DNA of 44,268 bases, filler included, from Sphacelaria rigidula (GCA_964200075.2; 2 parts of 2 records of this genome joined end to end with filler, not necessarily neighbours in it); one strand, 5' to 3'; numbered from the whole stretch's first letter, positions 1 through 14,300 are shown. Numbers and translations: made by a program. The notes: generated from the sequence alone by a model not told the origin.

Positions 1-21
1 GAGTCGACTCATCATGCTAGA

Positions 22-68
22 ACCAAGTAATTTTCAGACGAATCATTATTTGTCCGACCGTTGAAATG
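22..68 (+). repeat. Dispersed repeat anchor shared with ~6488-6533 (old non-coding repeat family; full extent unresolved)
   Basis: accaagtaattttcagacgaatcattatttgtccgaccgttgaaa vs atcaagtcatttccagatgaatcattgattcgtccgaccgttggaaa; the flanks are AT-rich with no credible ORFs. Confidence 0.5.
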
Positions 69-2729
69 TTTCCACAATAGCGCACAAATTGGCGATGAGT
101 GTTTTTCCAAGACTGACACAGTAAAAATTATCTCATCTCGAAAAACCGTCGCTGTTCTGGCGTTCAGAAACGCGGCCCTATACGAGCTGGTCCAGCCGAG
201 ACGTAAATTTGTAGTTTGCAGGCTCGGTCTCACCTCAATTTCGAGAGGTGGACTTTCAAAAAGTATGGAAAAAGATTGGGGCATGATAAAACATGTCTTT
301 GTAGGACAGGACGCTCTATTTTTATTTTTTCATGAGTTGACGGCATCTTGACTGAAAACTTATTCTCCCCACGTACCAAAACTTGAAAGTCGAACTCTCA
401 AAATTGGGGTGAAAACGAGCGATGTAGAAAGCGGGCCGGTCGAAATTCCGAACAGTATTCTTCAGGCCACTTACCGTCCCAGACTCGGTACTCGTGCTTT
501 GAAAGTTTGTGTTGGACCTCGCGAGGGAAAAATGTATCAAATAAAATGTGACGGGTTATTTTTTATTCTTTTCATGAATTAAGGACGTTCTACCGTGGTG
601 ACGACTATTTTTGCACGAGAACGCCCTAACCTCTCAAAAACAGAAATGAAGGCCCACTTTAAAATATTTTCTGCACATCTTTGCGATTCTCCATGCTAAG
701 TTTCATATCACAATTCCAAGAATTGAGCTGAAAAACTGAGGGAGGGGCCAAGAACAACGTCCATTTTTTCGTTATACGCCTCTAAAACACGTTTTATTTT
801 CAATAAAACAAAATCTCAAGAAGCTGAAAATTTTGATTTCATGTCCCAGCGATTCTTCACACCAAAGTTCAAAGCACAACTCTCCAGAACTGAAACGTGA
901 AATATAGATTGGGTGCATTTAGTGCCTCTGCTCGTAGTATATTGCCTTTAGTATGAAATATTATGTGCGCCATATCTCGAGATAGATGAAGAATTGGGTG
1001 AAGGTGAGTGTATCGATCGTTTCCCCGTGCTCCAGGGAATGTCCGCAAAAAAAATCGTCGTCATCCGTTGTGCATATCGTTCGGGGTTTCACATAGAATT
1101 TAGTATAGACGCCATCTCCGTACGGTATGAGAATGACTAGACATGGCGCTTAATCAACGCGAAAAATCTATCCACACTCTTGAGCGCATGGACATCTTCC
1201 CCTTGATTGGGCGATTAATTCGATATGCGAATCATGGCCCAACTCGTCTGTTTCATAAGAATGCTTCGAGAGCTTGTACCCGTGTCTACGCTGGACCAAC
1301 CCGTAGTTATTACGCTCCGCTACTGCCGGTGCGCTTCTACTGCGTACGCTATTGGGCGTCGTTTAAACCGAAGACTCAGAGTCTCGCCAAAGGATATGCT
1401 GGAAGTGATTCCGTCTGTACCTACGCCAGAAATGCGGATCTCATTATAACTTTCACCAGTAGGCAAATTTCCGTCCAACAAATGATCGAGAGTGTCTATT
1501 TTCACTCTTCAATTGAGATCTTTCGCGTGAGGGGCGGCCAGGCGGATAACTCCCAACGGAATTGCTCGCTATTTTGTCCCAGAGCATTGCGGCACACTTT
1601 GACGAATTTCGTTCGTGCTGTCTGAGTTCGAATTGAGCACGAAAATTAGTGTGGAAAGTCGCGTCAAATGCAAGTTTTGACCCAAATTCGACACGCCACC
1701 GAGTTCGATGAAGGCGTTTAGTTGACTGAGTTTATGGTAGCCGACCACACCTTGTGAGCTACGTAGGACGTTGATAAATCCGCATTACCGACGTCTACTC
1801 AGGTAGCAATATAAAGTGATCATGACGGCCCCTCGCAAAACCATCATGGTGGTCTGCACTGGGGGTTGTGGACACTAAAGTGGTGATCACCTCCGCCCGT
1901 TCTGTCCCCACATCATGTCGTTCTGCCCCAACCCTTAATCGGGACCGGTTTCCTCTGTTCTTCTCCTTTCGTTCCCTTCATTTTGTTGTCGGTTTTGCTA
2001 TGTTTATTCCATCGTTCTTTTTCATGTTCGTTCGTTCGTTCTATCTTTACATGTTGGAGAGTTTCGGAAAACATTTTTCCCCATCTCAGAGTCCGAGTGG
2101 AAGGAAAGGTACCCGGTAACGGTTTCATTCCACTCTGATTTATTTTTCAGAGCGATTTTTCCAGCGTCAGAGTGCCGTTTGCACCTCTTCATTCTAAAAA
2201 AACGTTGTTCATCTTCAGAGTTCATAGTGGAACGAAGAAGAACTACGCCCATCTTCACCACCATGGTCACGGCCAGTCCAAAATCAATGCACCCTAACAA
2301 GCAAAGTTGGACGTCCATCCGTCACAACTGACATGCTCGTCACAATGGGCCATTCACGAAGTAGACAAGCTTGGCATCACAATCAGAAGACCTCCCTGAC
2401 GCCGCCATGGTATCAGCATTCGCTTTGTTTTGTTGCGTGAAAATTCAAATGCTCGACGGGTACACGTTGCCTTGGGTGCAGTTCCTCACTCTTGTCAGCT
2501 TCAGCTGGAAGAAGACGGTGTGAACGATTCGCAGTCTACAGCGCACAAGCAGTGCTACACCTGGCTTCATTTCCATTATGTTGAGAGATCATGACGTCTT
2601 GCACCACCGTTATGGATGGCATGTTGAAAAATCATCACAACGCGGCCTTGTCTGCTGTTTGAAAGTGCTGCGTACTGTAATCAACTACTGTACAACTGAC
2701 TACGGTGTCGCTGTAGTTCACCGCCCCGC

Positions 2730-2910
2730 AATGCACTGTACTGTTGTAGGGTTCTGCATTGCACTCTCTATACTGCACTGCCTGTACTCCACACTGCACA
2801 ACACTACAGTGCGCTGTAGTGCGTAGTAGTGGATTGAAGCACTGCAGGTGCAGTGAAGCGTAGTGTATAGTACGTACGGTGCCGCAGGGTACGGTACAGT
2901 CAGTGTGGTG
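2730..2910. repeat. Low-complexity (CACTG/CACTA)-rich imperfect fold-back repeat
   Basis: Left arm rich in cactg/tactg, right arm rich in cagtg/tagtg, centred on cactacagtgcgctgtagtg (~2803-2822). Confidence 0.5.
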
Positions 2911-3725
2911 CCGGCCTATGTACTTTCGAACTGGACGCTGGTCGATCGTACGTTTGGCGGGGCAACCTGCGGCTAATCATTGCGACAAAAAAAGTCACGC
3001 CAAGCCACGTCACATCAGCACCCGCTATGAACTTTTCAGCGGTCAGTCTGAAGTTTCAAAGCTTCCACTATGCACTCTGACCCTATGATGAGGAGAAACA
3101 TCTTCCGAAAGTCGCTTTTATCTGTCTCGAGCTTCCTTGAGCGAGTCTTTTCGCTTTGTTCACGTTAGTTTGCGTCTGTCTCGTGACCACGACTGGATCC
3201 ATTGGGAGGGGAATCACTTCATGTGCGATGATCAACCAGTCAATCACTCACTCACTCACTCAATTACTGTCGATCAACGACTCTTGATGGACTACAGCCA
3301 TAATTTGCCCGTCACGTATGAGATACGTTGCAATCGTCTTTATAACCAGTCACGCTCGCTCGCTACTGTAGTTTGCCCTGGTGGAATTGAGGTCAACTCG
3401 CAGTCCAACACCTGAAGCCGAGATATTGGTCACCATCGATCAACCCCAGGAGGCGTTTCAAAAGGTGTACTGTGAAAACGCAGTGGCGGGCACAACACGA
3501 AGTCCCACGAAATTTAGTTTTGTTTGGTCGTTGTCGCGACAAACGGCCAACCCTGTGATGCACAAACTGGCGGAGCAGGCGTCGGTTTCGTGCTTTGTGT
3601 TCTATCCTGTGCGCTGCTTGGGGGAATGGTTGCGAACACCCTACCCCACCGTCTACGCGTGTTTCTCGTCGTCAGCACCCGCCCTGTGTCAAACTGAACG
3701 AATACCATTTCGTCGTGAATCAAAG

Positions 3726-3904
3726 ATTGAGCTTTCTGGAGGATCAAGATATCAACCTTATCCCGCTGGGCGAGCATGATGACAAGCGCAGCAAAAGTTG
3801 GGCACCTGTGAGTGAGGAGACCGTTCTGGCGGCTTTAGAGCGTATCGTGGACTCGAGTCATTACCCACTTCTCATTACGGACGGCACGGGCAAGCACAGG
3901 ACAG
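3726..3904 (+). CDS. PFA-DSP / Siw14-Oca family atypical dual-specificity phosphatase, internal exon containing the P-loop (5' exons not identified)
   Basis: aag| acceptor and |gtaagc donor; encodes LSFLEDQDINLIPLG...VSEETVLAALERIVDSSHYPLLITDGTGKHRTG, matching the PxLIHCxxGKHRTG signature. Confidence 0.85.
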
Positions 3905-4400
3905 GTAAGCGTTGCTGGTGTGGAAGAATGTACAAATGAAACGAGGTGACGCCTCGCTATGTCACGAATACCTGTGCTTGTGTCACATGGGTCGGTCGGC
4001 AACAATTACTCTGTACCACAGTCGCTCAATACGTATGATAACGTCAACGTGAGGCATGTTTCGTGACACGATGAATCATTGCGTGTACTTCTAGCCGATG
4101 ACATTCACCTGCCTGGCCGCTGCTGCTTCATGTGCACGTTGGTGCTTGCACTTGTTTCGTTCGTGAGAATATGCCCTCGCCAGCCATCTCACGAGACGTG
4201 ATAACTTTTCTCAGCGCCGCATGCGTGCACGGAGCCGAGCGTTCACTTGAATTATTTCACTGCAAAACTTTCTCCGCTAAAACCGTCATAGGCGACCACC
4301 TATGGCAGCCGGTATCCTGGGCCCCATGTAATGGACTGAAGTGTCCTCAAGTCTTGCCTAGCCAAGCCACGCCCTTTTTACTCAACTTTAATCACAATGA

Positions 4401-4553
<153 letters not shown>

Positions 4554-4747
4554 TGACCAGGAGCTGTCTCGAGTACAACACCTTCTCAATTTTATCCCCG
4601 GACCCACCAAAAAAATGGAGTTGCATCAAAGTATCGTTTGATTGTATTTGAATGCCCGAGTGTCCATTCTTGGGTGATGAGCATCTAGATGGCGGTAGCA
4701 GCGCGCTCTCGATTGTGACGTTTGGCCCTTGCGTTCATTTGCACCAG

Positions 4748-4840
4748 GTCAGAGTGCAGAATGAGCAATTTATCGAGCTGTTTGATACGGATCTCGTCCA
4801 CTTGCCACCGGAGGCTCCGTCGTACCTTTTGAACCGATGA
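4748..4840 (+). CDS. PFA-DSP phosphatase terminal exon
   Basis: cag| phase 0; VRVQNEQFIELFDTDLVHLPPEAPSYLLNR*, the conserved RxxxEQFIELFD motif. Confidence 0.9.
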   Translation, partial: VRVQNEQFIELFDTDLVHLPPEAPSYLLNR

Positions 4841-7800
4841 AGTGGCGCCGCGACAACAGCGGGATAAAAGCAACCGCGGATTGCACATCTGGCCTTGGTG
4901 ACCAGTGAAAGGTGAGAAAGGTTCTCTTCAGTACATGATAATATGCCGTTCCTTGTCAGTAGGTGCATCTGATAGACCGCGTGGAAGATGTGTTCTTGAT
5001 TCTCTCATATCTAGTAGGGTCGTTTACCGCATAACGAGGCAATCGGAGCTTTCGTGGATGCTACTTGCTGCCATTCTACTCGTCTGGTAACATGCAGCAT
5101 CATGAACGAGACACGTGCGACTCGACGCTAACATGAAGTGTATCTCCTCCACCAGGTGGTGTGCAGTGCTCAGCATGGGGAGCGAGTGACGAAGAGATAA
5201 CTGACCCTCAAGAATTTTCCTGGTCTGTGCCAAGAGCTCATCGTCGCTGTTATCTGATGGAGTTGACGCGTATACCCGGCAGTACACGAAATTTAGTTGA
5301 AAGTGCTCCGATTCAAGGAATGTTGGCATACAATCACAACCCGTGTACGACAGGGGGGTTGGGTGGGTGGAGGGGGGGGGTTGAGGCGGATTACACACGT
5401 AGGGGCGAACAGCGTGTTCAAGGAAGTCCAACCAGGCCGCTTGTCTAGGTAGTATGGTGAAGAAAAAATAGAAGTGGATAATTTTGACAATGTTCGTTTT
5501 GGGCGGCTTATGCGGACTACAGTAGAAGCTTCGCGTCTTATTGGCAGCTGGCGAAGGGATGTAACATCTTCCATGTGTGGACGAGTGCAGGATCAGCAGT
5601 CGCTCTGTCGTGTTGTGCATGCCATCTGACCGAGTAAAGGTCCCATACTATTCACCCGTGTGAGACTCGAAGAGTGTACCAAACACCGGTCAATGAAAGA
5701 GCCTGACGTTACATTTACACCAAAATATACACTTGACGTTTTCGCGAGATTGAGAGAATATCGCTGATTGCAAGTGGGTTTATCATTCCCTTTAAGTTGG
5801 CCATTTTTCCATCCCATGTGTGTGTTTATTTGCCTGTTATCACTGGCATGTGCCGAAAGCTACACGTCGATATCCTACGCGGGGATATCAGGGACTTTAG
5901 CGGTAAGCTACTCCAGAAAGCATATCGGGCCTCGTGGAGGGACATTTCGGAACTGAAACGATCCATTTACAAATTGAACGCTTTTCACTCCCAATCGTAT
6001 CCTCTGCCCTCAATCTCACGAAAACGCTGTTACTTGCCCATGACTTGAGAGAGATGGATACGACCAACGTCGGACATGCTTTGCTATATCCTGCCAAACA
6101 TTGGATCATGCTGAAACGTCTCACTGCTGCACTTACGCTACTTGCGTAATGTTGGGTGCTTTCGCTGGGTACACTGCGTTGGTTCACACTACAGGTTGGT
6201 CCCACTACTGGGAGAAATGAGGTGCCTCCGGGGTGAAGAACCCGAGCAGCAGGCAACGTTAGCACGTGAAAGTACCACGGTTCGGACGAATCATCGCCGG
6301 TTCGAATCACCAATTCCACAATTTTTCAGGCCTAATTCCTCGGAAGAGATAGGAATGTCGACGGCTGGCCGAAAAGGTCTCCACACAATTTTTACGCGCT
6401 TCCACGTGCCTAGGCTGCGAGCGCCTGGTTTGCAACGCTGAAAACAAAGCCTTGGGATCGCTTCGTACGGTACGAATCAATGACACTATCAAGTCATTTC
6501 CAGATGAATCATTGATTCGTCCGACCGTTGGAAAGTACGCTTCCTGCTGTACGCCCAATCTTCCCGGAGCCCGTCGCTCGGCCTAATGATTGTCCGGGCA
6601 CTCGTCATTTCCCACGATGCCTTCATATCTGATACGATCCTGTCGCAGCATTCAGGGGACGGATTGATACAAGGACGAACATGACTGAGTTCCTCCTCGA
6701 TTGGAGGCAAGTCGACTATTTTTTCTCTGCGACCCAGTCACACGGAACCCACCTTCAGGAAAAGAGACGGAGTAATGATATCCTTGAACTGCTCGGTGCT
6801 CATTCGTCTTCAAAATTCAGATCCTGTCGAAAATAGAGTGAGGAATTTCCGAAGACACTCTTGCCCTGAGTAACGAACACTCAAGATTCCAATCTCTCTT
6901 TGAAAATGGGATGTTTATTTGTATTGTCGTCCAACAGAGATCACAGATATATCCCCGCGTGTCATGAAACAATCTGCACCTACGAGATTCCCTTGCCGGC
7001 CGCTATTTTAGGGAGTGAATTATCTTCGATGACGTATGCACAGAAAGAAATATCCATCACCGCAAACCCTGCCTCATTTTACTTTCACAATTTTGAGTCG
7101 AACCTAATCGATGCCCATACTTGAAGAATTGTACGGTGACCGCGGTGCATAGGGATGTGTCAAACATATATGCACCAGGATTTCCCCCCGGGGTCTACGT
7201 CGAAACTGCCATCGACTAATGCCGAGATAGCCCCCCCACAAAAAGTGCACCGGCACCATCCAACGAACCGGCTGCGATCCCACTATTGGACTCGTTTGCA
7301 GTAATTTCTCCCACATGAGAGGCGTGTAGCAGTCCGGAATCAGCTATAACGCCCAAATCAGTCGCATCGTGGAGCACGAAACCAGCCCTAACGGCAGTTA
7401 TTATCATCGCCTCCGTGCACGTTTTTGGCCGGTTTGGGGGGGGGGGCTATCTCGGCAGCAGTCCATCGCGCCGTAAGATTTCAGCACCAGTCTTTCCACG
7501 CTACACTGAACAGGCGAGAAAGGCGAAGAATGTGCGTGGTGGGTGGATGTGCACGGTAAAATGAATATGAGAATGTGAACACTCCACACCGAGAACAAGT
7601 ATCTCTGTACCCTTCATCAACGATAGAAGCTACATTTAGTCGTCAGGTATGCAGACGTTACGAATATCCAGTTTTGATACGCACAGCTCCGGGAGAAATT
7701 AACCACAAGCGTGCAGCCAACGCGAGATCTGCTGCACGGCATATGCCTACTGCGAGTTTTGTCATGGTCATTTGTTCTACACCCTGATTACAGTATCCAC

Positions 7801-8099
7801 TTTCTGTGGTGCGCATCACAGTAGGAGATCCAGTCGAGCAACTGGTGGGTTTGAAACTGTCGGAAAGTTACTTGCATATTGATGCATGCGCTTGATGAAT
7901 GATTGCCTGCTTGATATCCATGCGCCTACATATAGCGTCTTGAGGAAAAAAAAAGAGAGGGATCGGTAGTGCAAATGCGATCTATTTTTTGTAAATGAAA
8001 AAGGGAGTGTTTTTGGGCGCGTGCAAATAGGACGTGGACGCGAGAAGATCCTGCCTGCGAATCGAATACCAGATCACATTCCGTACCCTGTACCCCTTG

Positions 8100-8239
8100 A
8101 TGGAGGATACTCCCATGAGGAGGGAGCTACCCATGCGTCGAAGAGGAAGGGCTCCACCTAAGCCCTTGGTGTCTGCCCAACCAAACCAAGGACCTGGATG
8201 GCAATTGTACCGGTCTTCGAATGGTCTGCCCTTCTACTT
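8100..8239 (+). CDS. WW-domain protein, exon 1 (N-half of WW)
   Basis: ATG at 8100; ...GPGWQLYRSSNGLPFY-TT|gtgcgt donor. Confidence 0.7.
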
Positions 8240-8550
8240 GTGCGTTTCTGTGTTGTGCAGACGAACTGTTGCAAAGCACTCGTCGTGCCATGTCTTGTGG
8301 GAGTCATCGTACGTGCTGCACATTATAGTGAGTACTTGCAGCCTCGACTGCACACCTCTTTAACCAATCCTCCCCGCCTCGCGCTTGTGACGAATGTGCT
8401 CCCCCACATGCATAGAAACAACCCCACTACCATCTCGTCGCTAGGCTCAAATTCATCCCTTGTTCGTCCAACTGTATTTACAGCACGTTTTTGCATGCAG
8501 TCAATTATTGTGAAGATATCGCCTTCGTCTCGCCTCCTTTCCAAATGCAG

Positions 8551-8729
8551 CAACAACATTACGGGGGAATCTGTGTGGGCTCGTGAGTCCAGCCGAGTGT
8601 TGAAGGACGAGGAGGATAGGAAGGAATCAGATAGCAGCCAACCCGATGAAGCACCAGTATCAGCATTCGATTATGTTTCTTCCTCGGGGACGGGCTCCAC
8701 CTCCTCCTCCTCATCGCGTTCATCTTATG
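8551..8729 (+). CDS. WW-domain protein, exon 2 (C-half of WW plus Ser/acidic linker)
   Basis: cag|C completes Phe, giving GWQLYRSSNGLPFYFNNITGESVW (WW consensus, lacking the final WxxP Pro); phase-1 donor |gtgggc. Confidence 0.75.
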
Positions 8730-10000
8730 GTGGGCTAGTGAAGGCCGCAAGCACAACTCGACTGTGCTGTAGAGGCTGGTTCAGGGTGGATGCCCAAAAC
8801 TTATGCCCCACCAGATGCAGAACGCAAAACTGACCCGGAAAACGTATTTGGTACAATAGTAACCCCCACGAGCGAGCGAACAGTGTGACATGGTCAGATT
8901 TTTTCTCGCGTCCTTTGCCGTGGCGCAGGTAGTGGAAACGTTTCTCGGCCAATCAAGGGCCTTCAAACTGTTCTGAAATTACAAAAGCGATTTCCCGACT
9001 CAATTTGTACCCAATCTAATCACCAATCAAACCTTAGTAACCACCATCAGCTACGAAATCAAACACAAAAGCCAGATTTGAAAACGGTATGTATGGGATC
9101 GAGATAAACTCCAAAACGTAGTATTTCGGTGATGTCGAGGTTTGGCGTCGTCGGATTTCCACTGATGATACGCGTCGAAAACCCAGAAAGCCTCTCGGCG
9201 TATTCCCTTGTAACTTCAGTAGAAAAGCTCCGTTTATCCTCAAACTTGGCAGTTTGGCAGATTTGAGTGCTTTGGATGCGGAAAGAAAATCTTTGAAGAA
9301 TATTTCAATATTTCAAAGTGTATCCGCTCTCTACCGGCTTCCGGGAGTCCCAGTGTGAAGACCCCCAAAAATCGGTACAAAATGCTTCAAAATTAGGCAG
9401 CCAAATTTGGCTCGTCCCGAGGTGGTCCAAGAAACGTTTGTGCAAAGTTTCACTACGTAACTCGAGGAGCTGATCCCAAACGGCCGTGAACAACAAGCGC
9501 ACAAGGAGAACGTCGGCGGCATACTTCAATCAAGTGGTTGGGGGGATTCCGTGTGCATTTGTACACGTGAAGGCACACACAGGCGAAAGTTCACGCCGTT
9601 TTTTCGAGTTAGACCTGAAATTTTGCACAATGGTGTTCTGAGATGTGTAGAAAGGCTGTATGAATGGGATCTCTCGACCTTTTTTTGCGCCAGATATCCG
9701 GGGTTCCAGGAGGCGGTGTCCTGAAGTCGACGAAACGGCGTGAGCTATCGCTGGAGAATAAATTCCGGTCGTTCGCCCCGAACCAGCCGATAGGCACCGA
9801 CCGCTTCTCCCCATTGTTCAACAAGTTACTCCTGAATATTCATCGTACTTGGAGCTGTAGGGTAGACGTGGGCATCTCCCAAATCGGCCCGTGATTGGTC
9901 AGTCAACATTGGCCGATGGATTCTATGGATGGCGCCCTTGACGCATGCTCCCAATTTTGTGGGCCCCTCTGTGCCACTAATCAACATCATACCTGCGCAG

Positions 10001-10213
10001 TGTCAAACGGAGAAGAAAGCTCTAACGAGAACGGCTCGTCCTCTACTCAAAGTTCCACGGGATCTGACGATACCACCGACAGCTGGACATATTCAATGGA
10101 AGAGAGGTTCCGTCAGTTGGTTCTTTCTCGAGAAGGAAAGGAGATGCTGGCAATGGAAATCCAGCATCTACTGGCAAAGGAAACTAGACGCAGCGAATGG
10201 TACCTGAAAAAAG
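10001..10213 (+). CDS. WW-domain protein, exon 3 (later exons uncertain; candidate 10525-10635)
   Basis: cag|TG completes Val in phase with exon 2; SNGEESS...SWTYSMEERFRQLVLSREGKEMLAMEIQHLLAKE; donor at 10199 or 10213 is ambiguous. Confidence 0.6.
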
Positions 10214-11010
10214 GTGAAAGCATGCAAAAAATGCATTTTAACCATATTATTCCAATCGACTCATCGTAGCGCATAGGTGTCGCCACTACATACATCGACC
10301 GCCACTACTAATGTATTATCTGCCATCGTGTGGACAGGGTACGCAGGAATTCGACCCCATCTCGTACCACACATGCATGTATTTGATCGCTCACCAGGCT
10401 CACGTCGGGGTTATGCGTGCATGTTCTGGGACCCACAGGGGTAGTCCCGAACGGGATATTATATACGTAATAATGTGGAATTATCCCCGCCACAAGCAAT
10501 CCTTGTCGATTGCGATTTTTCCAGAGAAATTCCTGATTCTGTCACTCGACTCGAAATTGCTCACTCTATGCACCGAGATGGTTTCGTGGATATTTCAGTG
10601 GTGGCAGAATGAGCTCGTGCTTCTCAATGCAACATGTACGTACATAAAAAAATGCAAGGGGACAGGGACTTGGTTCAGGGACGCATTTCCATCTGATCCG
10701 CCGTCACTTTAGATAAACTTGGGCGACTCCTGTAATGGATTTTCCGGACCATTGGTTGCAATCTCTCTTGCAGGATCTTTCGCTGCTGACCAGGCAGGCG
10801 GCAAGACTACTCTGAGATAAAAGAATAGTCGACAGACTCTCCTGTATGGAGACCCATGCGATAACTGCTAGCGCGAGCGGGTTTATCTGACCCAGCGACA
10901 AATTTCAAACACCTACTTGTTGTTGCGTTGTATGTCACATACGAGCCGATGGGAAAACTGTTGCATTACTCTATATCTCGCTGTTGTGGGTTTTGTGCAC
11001 TTGTTCGGCG

Positions 11011-11222
11011 TTTCACGTGGCTGTGGCGCGCTTCCTCGCAGTGCACCGTTTGTAGCAGAGTGAGACTATTGTCACGAGAAATCTTGACAGGTTGAGTAGA
11101 TGACAGACCTGCGTGGGGCGCTGCATCGCCGTGCTTTTTTTTGTTCTTCAGATGCCATCCGCTTGCTTGGTGTACAGCTCAATCTGAACCTTCTCTCTGA
11201 AATTCAGTCCTGAGCCCCAACG
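11011..11222 (-). mobile_element. Second copy of copia PBS plus 5' leader beyond the 3' LTR (truncated tandem element)
   Basis: Aligns to 15267-15478 including ctgagcccca. Confidence 0.7.
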
Positions 11223-11375
11223 TGAGAGCTTACAATGTCAAACTGGGTACAGTAGTGGTTCCCGAACCGTTCCTGTTGGTACCTCGTACTGAATCGTACT
11301 GGCTCCTACCAGGCTGATTGACTACACGCGCGAGAATGCATGTATGAGATCTATGTTCAATACATAATCTGCACA
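11223..11375 (-). repeat. 3' LTR of copia element (TG...CA); PPT GGGGGAG at 11382-11376
   Basis: Homologous to 15479-15663; TG/CA ends; directly preceded on the minus strand by a polypurine tract. Confidence 0.8.
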
Positions 11376-14300
11376 CTCCCCCATGATCTCACAGCGGTAG
11401 CACTGTAATAGAAAGCTGATACAATCACACCCAACGTGCTAGAACATGATTCACGAACTCGACAACATATAACATCTTAACCCGCTTAGTTACGATGTCT
11501 GCGCGCTGCTTGGCGCTCGTTTGTACGCATCGCACGGTGAAGAGCTTCTTCTCGACGTATTGCCATGAACATTTCAGCTTTATATTCACGAGTCTCGTGC
11601 GCCCGTTGAACCTGGTGACTGTAGCCGCCTGGACGGCGCCACGATTGTCGCAAAACCACAGGGTGGTGTCCTATGGAAGTCCCATCTCTTCCAGAATGCC
11701 CCGAATGAAAATGTAATGACGCATACACTGTACCATGGCCGTCCATTCCGCTTCTGGAGAAGAAAGAATGACGGAGGTCTGTAGTTTGGATCGCCACACT
11801 ATCGGAGACTTGTTCATTAGCAAGAGGTAGCCCGTGACGCTCCTGCGTGTTTCGGCATCGTTTGCCCAGTCCGAGTCCGCATAGCCCACCAGTGTCTTCT
11901 GGGTCTTTACGATGCCCATACCATACTGTAGGCAGACGTCAAGCGTACCAGCTAGGTAGCGGAGAACGAGTTGTAGTCCTTGCCAGTGTCACAGGCAGGG
12001 AGAGGCAGCCCGGCGCCCTAGCTCTCGAACACCGTTGGAGAGATCAGGTCGTGTCATTTCTGCGAGGAACATTAATTTTCGAGAATCCTTGCGTACGGGA
12101 ACTGGGAGGTGTCCAGCTCCTCTTCACGTACTTTCCGCTCTGACAGGTCCATACTCGGGTCGAGGGGAGATAGGTTTTCCACACTTGTGTCGAGCCCATT
12201 CCTTCGACGACGATGCTCTCGGCATAGGCGAGTTCGTGTATTTCGCCAAGAGGCATGTCTGCATATGCTGAACCTCTTAGGTGTTGTCACCGGAGAACAG
12301 GACGTCATTCATGTAGGCCATCAGGACAGCGACGCGCCCACCTTTGGCCTGAAGGTGGTAAAGGTATTCGTCGTGGTGGCTGTTGAGCCAGTCTTCGGTG
12401 AGTATCGTGCTCCTCAATTCCTTGAAGCATTGTACGGCGGACTGCTTTAAGTCACAAAGGGCCTTGTCCGCCTTGAACACTCCCTTGTCGGGCAGCTCTA
12501 GCTAGACGTCCTCCAGGAGCGACACATTTAGGTATGCCTGCGTGAAACCCAGCATTCCAGTCCCCCATTCGTGCAGAGCGGCTGTCCCTAGAATGGTGCA
12601 CATGACGTCGAAGCCTACGATCGGGTTAAACGTCTCGGAGAAGTCGATTCACTTGCGCTGAGTGAACCCGCGAGCCACGAGTCGGGCCTTACATCTCTCT
12701 ACTGCTCCGTCGGCCGTGCGCTTGATCTCGTATACGAACCGCGTCTTGACTGGAATCTTATCGCGCGGTAGAGATTCGTTGGTGAACGTCCCCTGATCCC
12801 AGAGACTTTCAATTCCATCGTCTGTGGCCAGTTTCCATCTGTCTGCATCGGGCCCTGCCAGGGCTTCTGTCGCGGTCGACGGTTCTTCTGGTCATTTGGC
12901 GATTTCGCCTACTAATCCGAGCATGCAGAGTGCATCTTCGTCATGATCTTTCAGAAGGGCGACGACAAAATTTCCGTCGTCGGAACTGCTGTCGTCAGAA
13001 CTCCTGAAGCGTTGTTGTGTGTTATCCCCCCGACGCCATTGCGCGAGTCTACTGCACCTGCGCAGTTTACTATCCGAAGGAGAGCACTTCGATGATGTCG
13101 GGTCTTGTGGTGGCTGTCCACCCGGGCCGTCGTCGCGGTTGATTGGTGCTGTTTTCTCCTCTTCCGACGTTTCGCGCTCTCTATCACTCAGCTCGACGGC
13201 CTTCAACTCCCCTACGATGTCTAGAATATTGGCCTCTGATTCGAACGTAATGTGTGAAGACTTCATTAGCTTGAATTTCTGCATTCGCCATACATACCAG
13301 CAGAGCGAGTGCCGATCGTGCCACACCAAGGTACCCCGCTTCGCATATGGGTGAAACTTTAGAGCGGCGCCGCGCTGTTGCTTGTGCTGGTGCATGAAAC
13401 ACTCGGATTTCGAAGCACGGAGCCGATTGTAGTTGAACGGCTTCCTTGTCAGCCTCTCACATGGGGTCTCGCCCTTGAGGTACTCGTGGGGCATCCCTGC
13501 GGTCTTGTATGCCGCGTCCGCTACAGCGAAGAACCAGTAGTCCTCTCCGCGTCCCACTTTCACCTGTTGGCTGCGTACTATCCTCATCAGTTGGTGAATT
13601 GCACGTTCAGCAATTCTATTAAACTGCGGCGTTCTTGGCGGTGAGCAGCGCCACCTGATGCCGCGATTCACCAGCATGCGTTGAAATTTGACCGATCGTC
13701 CAAGTTCCCCAGCGTTGTCTCCACCGACGCATTTGATGGCCACTCCCTCACGGGCCATTTCGTCGATGCAGGCTCCCGTGGCGTCAGTGGTAGCATCTCG
13801 TGTCTTGAGAGTCCAACAACGTGCTTGTCTCGACTAGCTTCGTCCACGAAAACCTGGAAATATTTCATACCCGTGACATCGGCGTGGAAAGGCCCTTCAA
13901 GGTCAGTGTGCACGGCTTCACCTGGTGCTTTGGCACTCCTGCCGCCGCGGCCGTATCTGAGCGCCTCGCACTTGCATTCCCTGCAGACGCTACAGTGTAT
14001 TTCGGACACCACCGTGTTATCAGTTACATCGATCAGCACACGCTTCTCGAGGTGTTTCATGGCAGCCGGATCGGTGTGTCCTAAGGTGTCGTACCATTTC
14101 CTCAACGTGAGGCGTGGCTTCTTATTTGCGTACGAAGAGTGCGTCGACGCCGCATGTTTGCCATTCCCCCGCACGGATGCCGACAGGGTCAGGAACCCTT
14201 CATTTTCGGCTAGGGGGATCTTCGGTCTATCCTCTCTGAACCGAAGGCAGCTCTCCTTCCTGCCAGAGTCCACGAATTCTCCTCGGTGACACCGAATCGT

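Noticed and set aside
3070-3465. Candidate 5' exons of the phosphatase (NIFRK..SFLERV; FALVE...)
   Set aside because: Only faint similarity to the family N-terminus and no phase-consistent splice model
5024-5630. Possible small-exon minus-strand gene
   Set aside because: Protein-like fragments, but no recognisable domain or consistent exon chain
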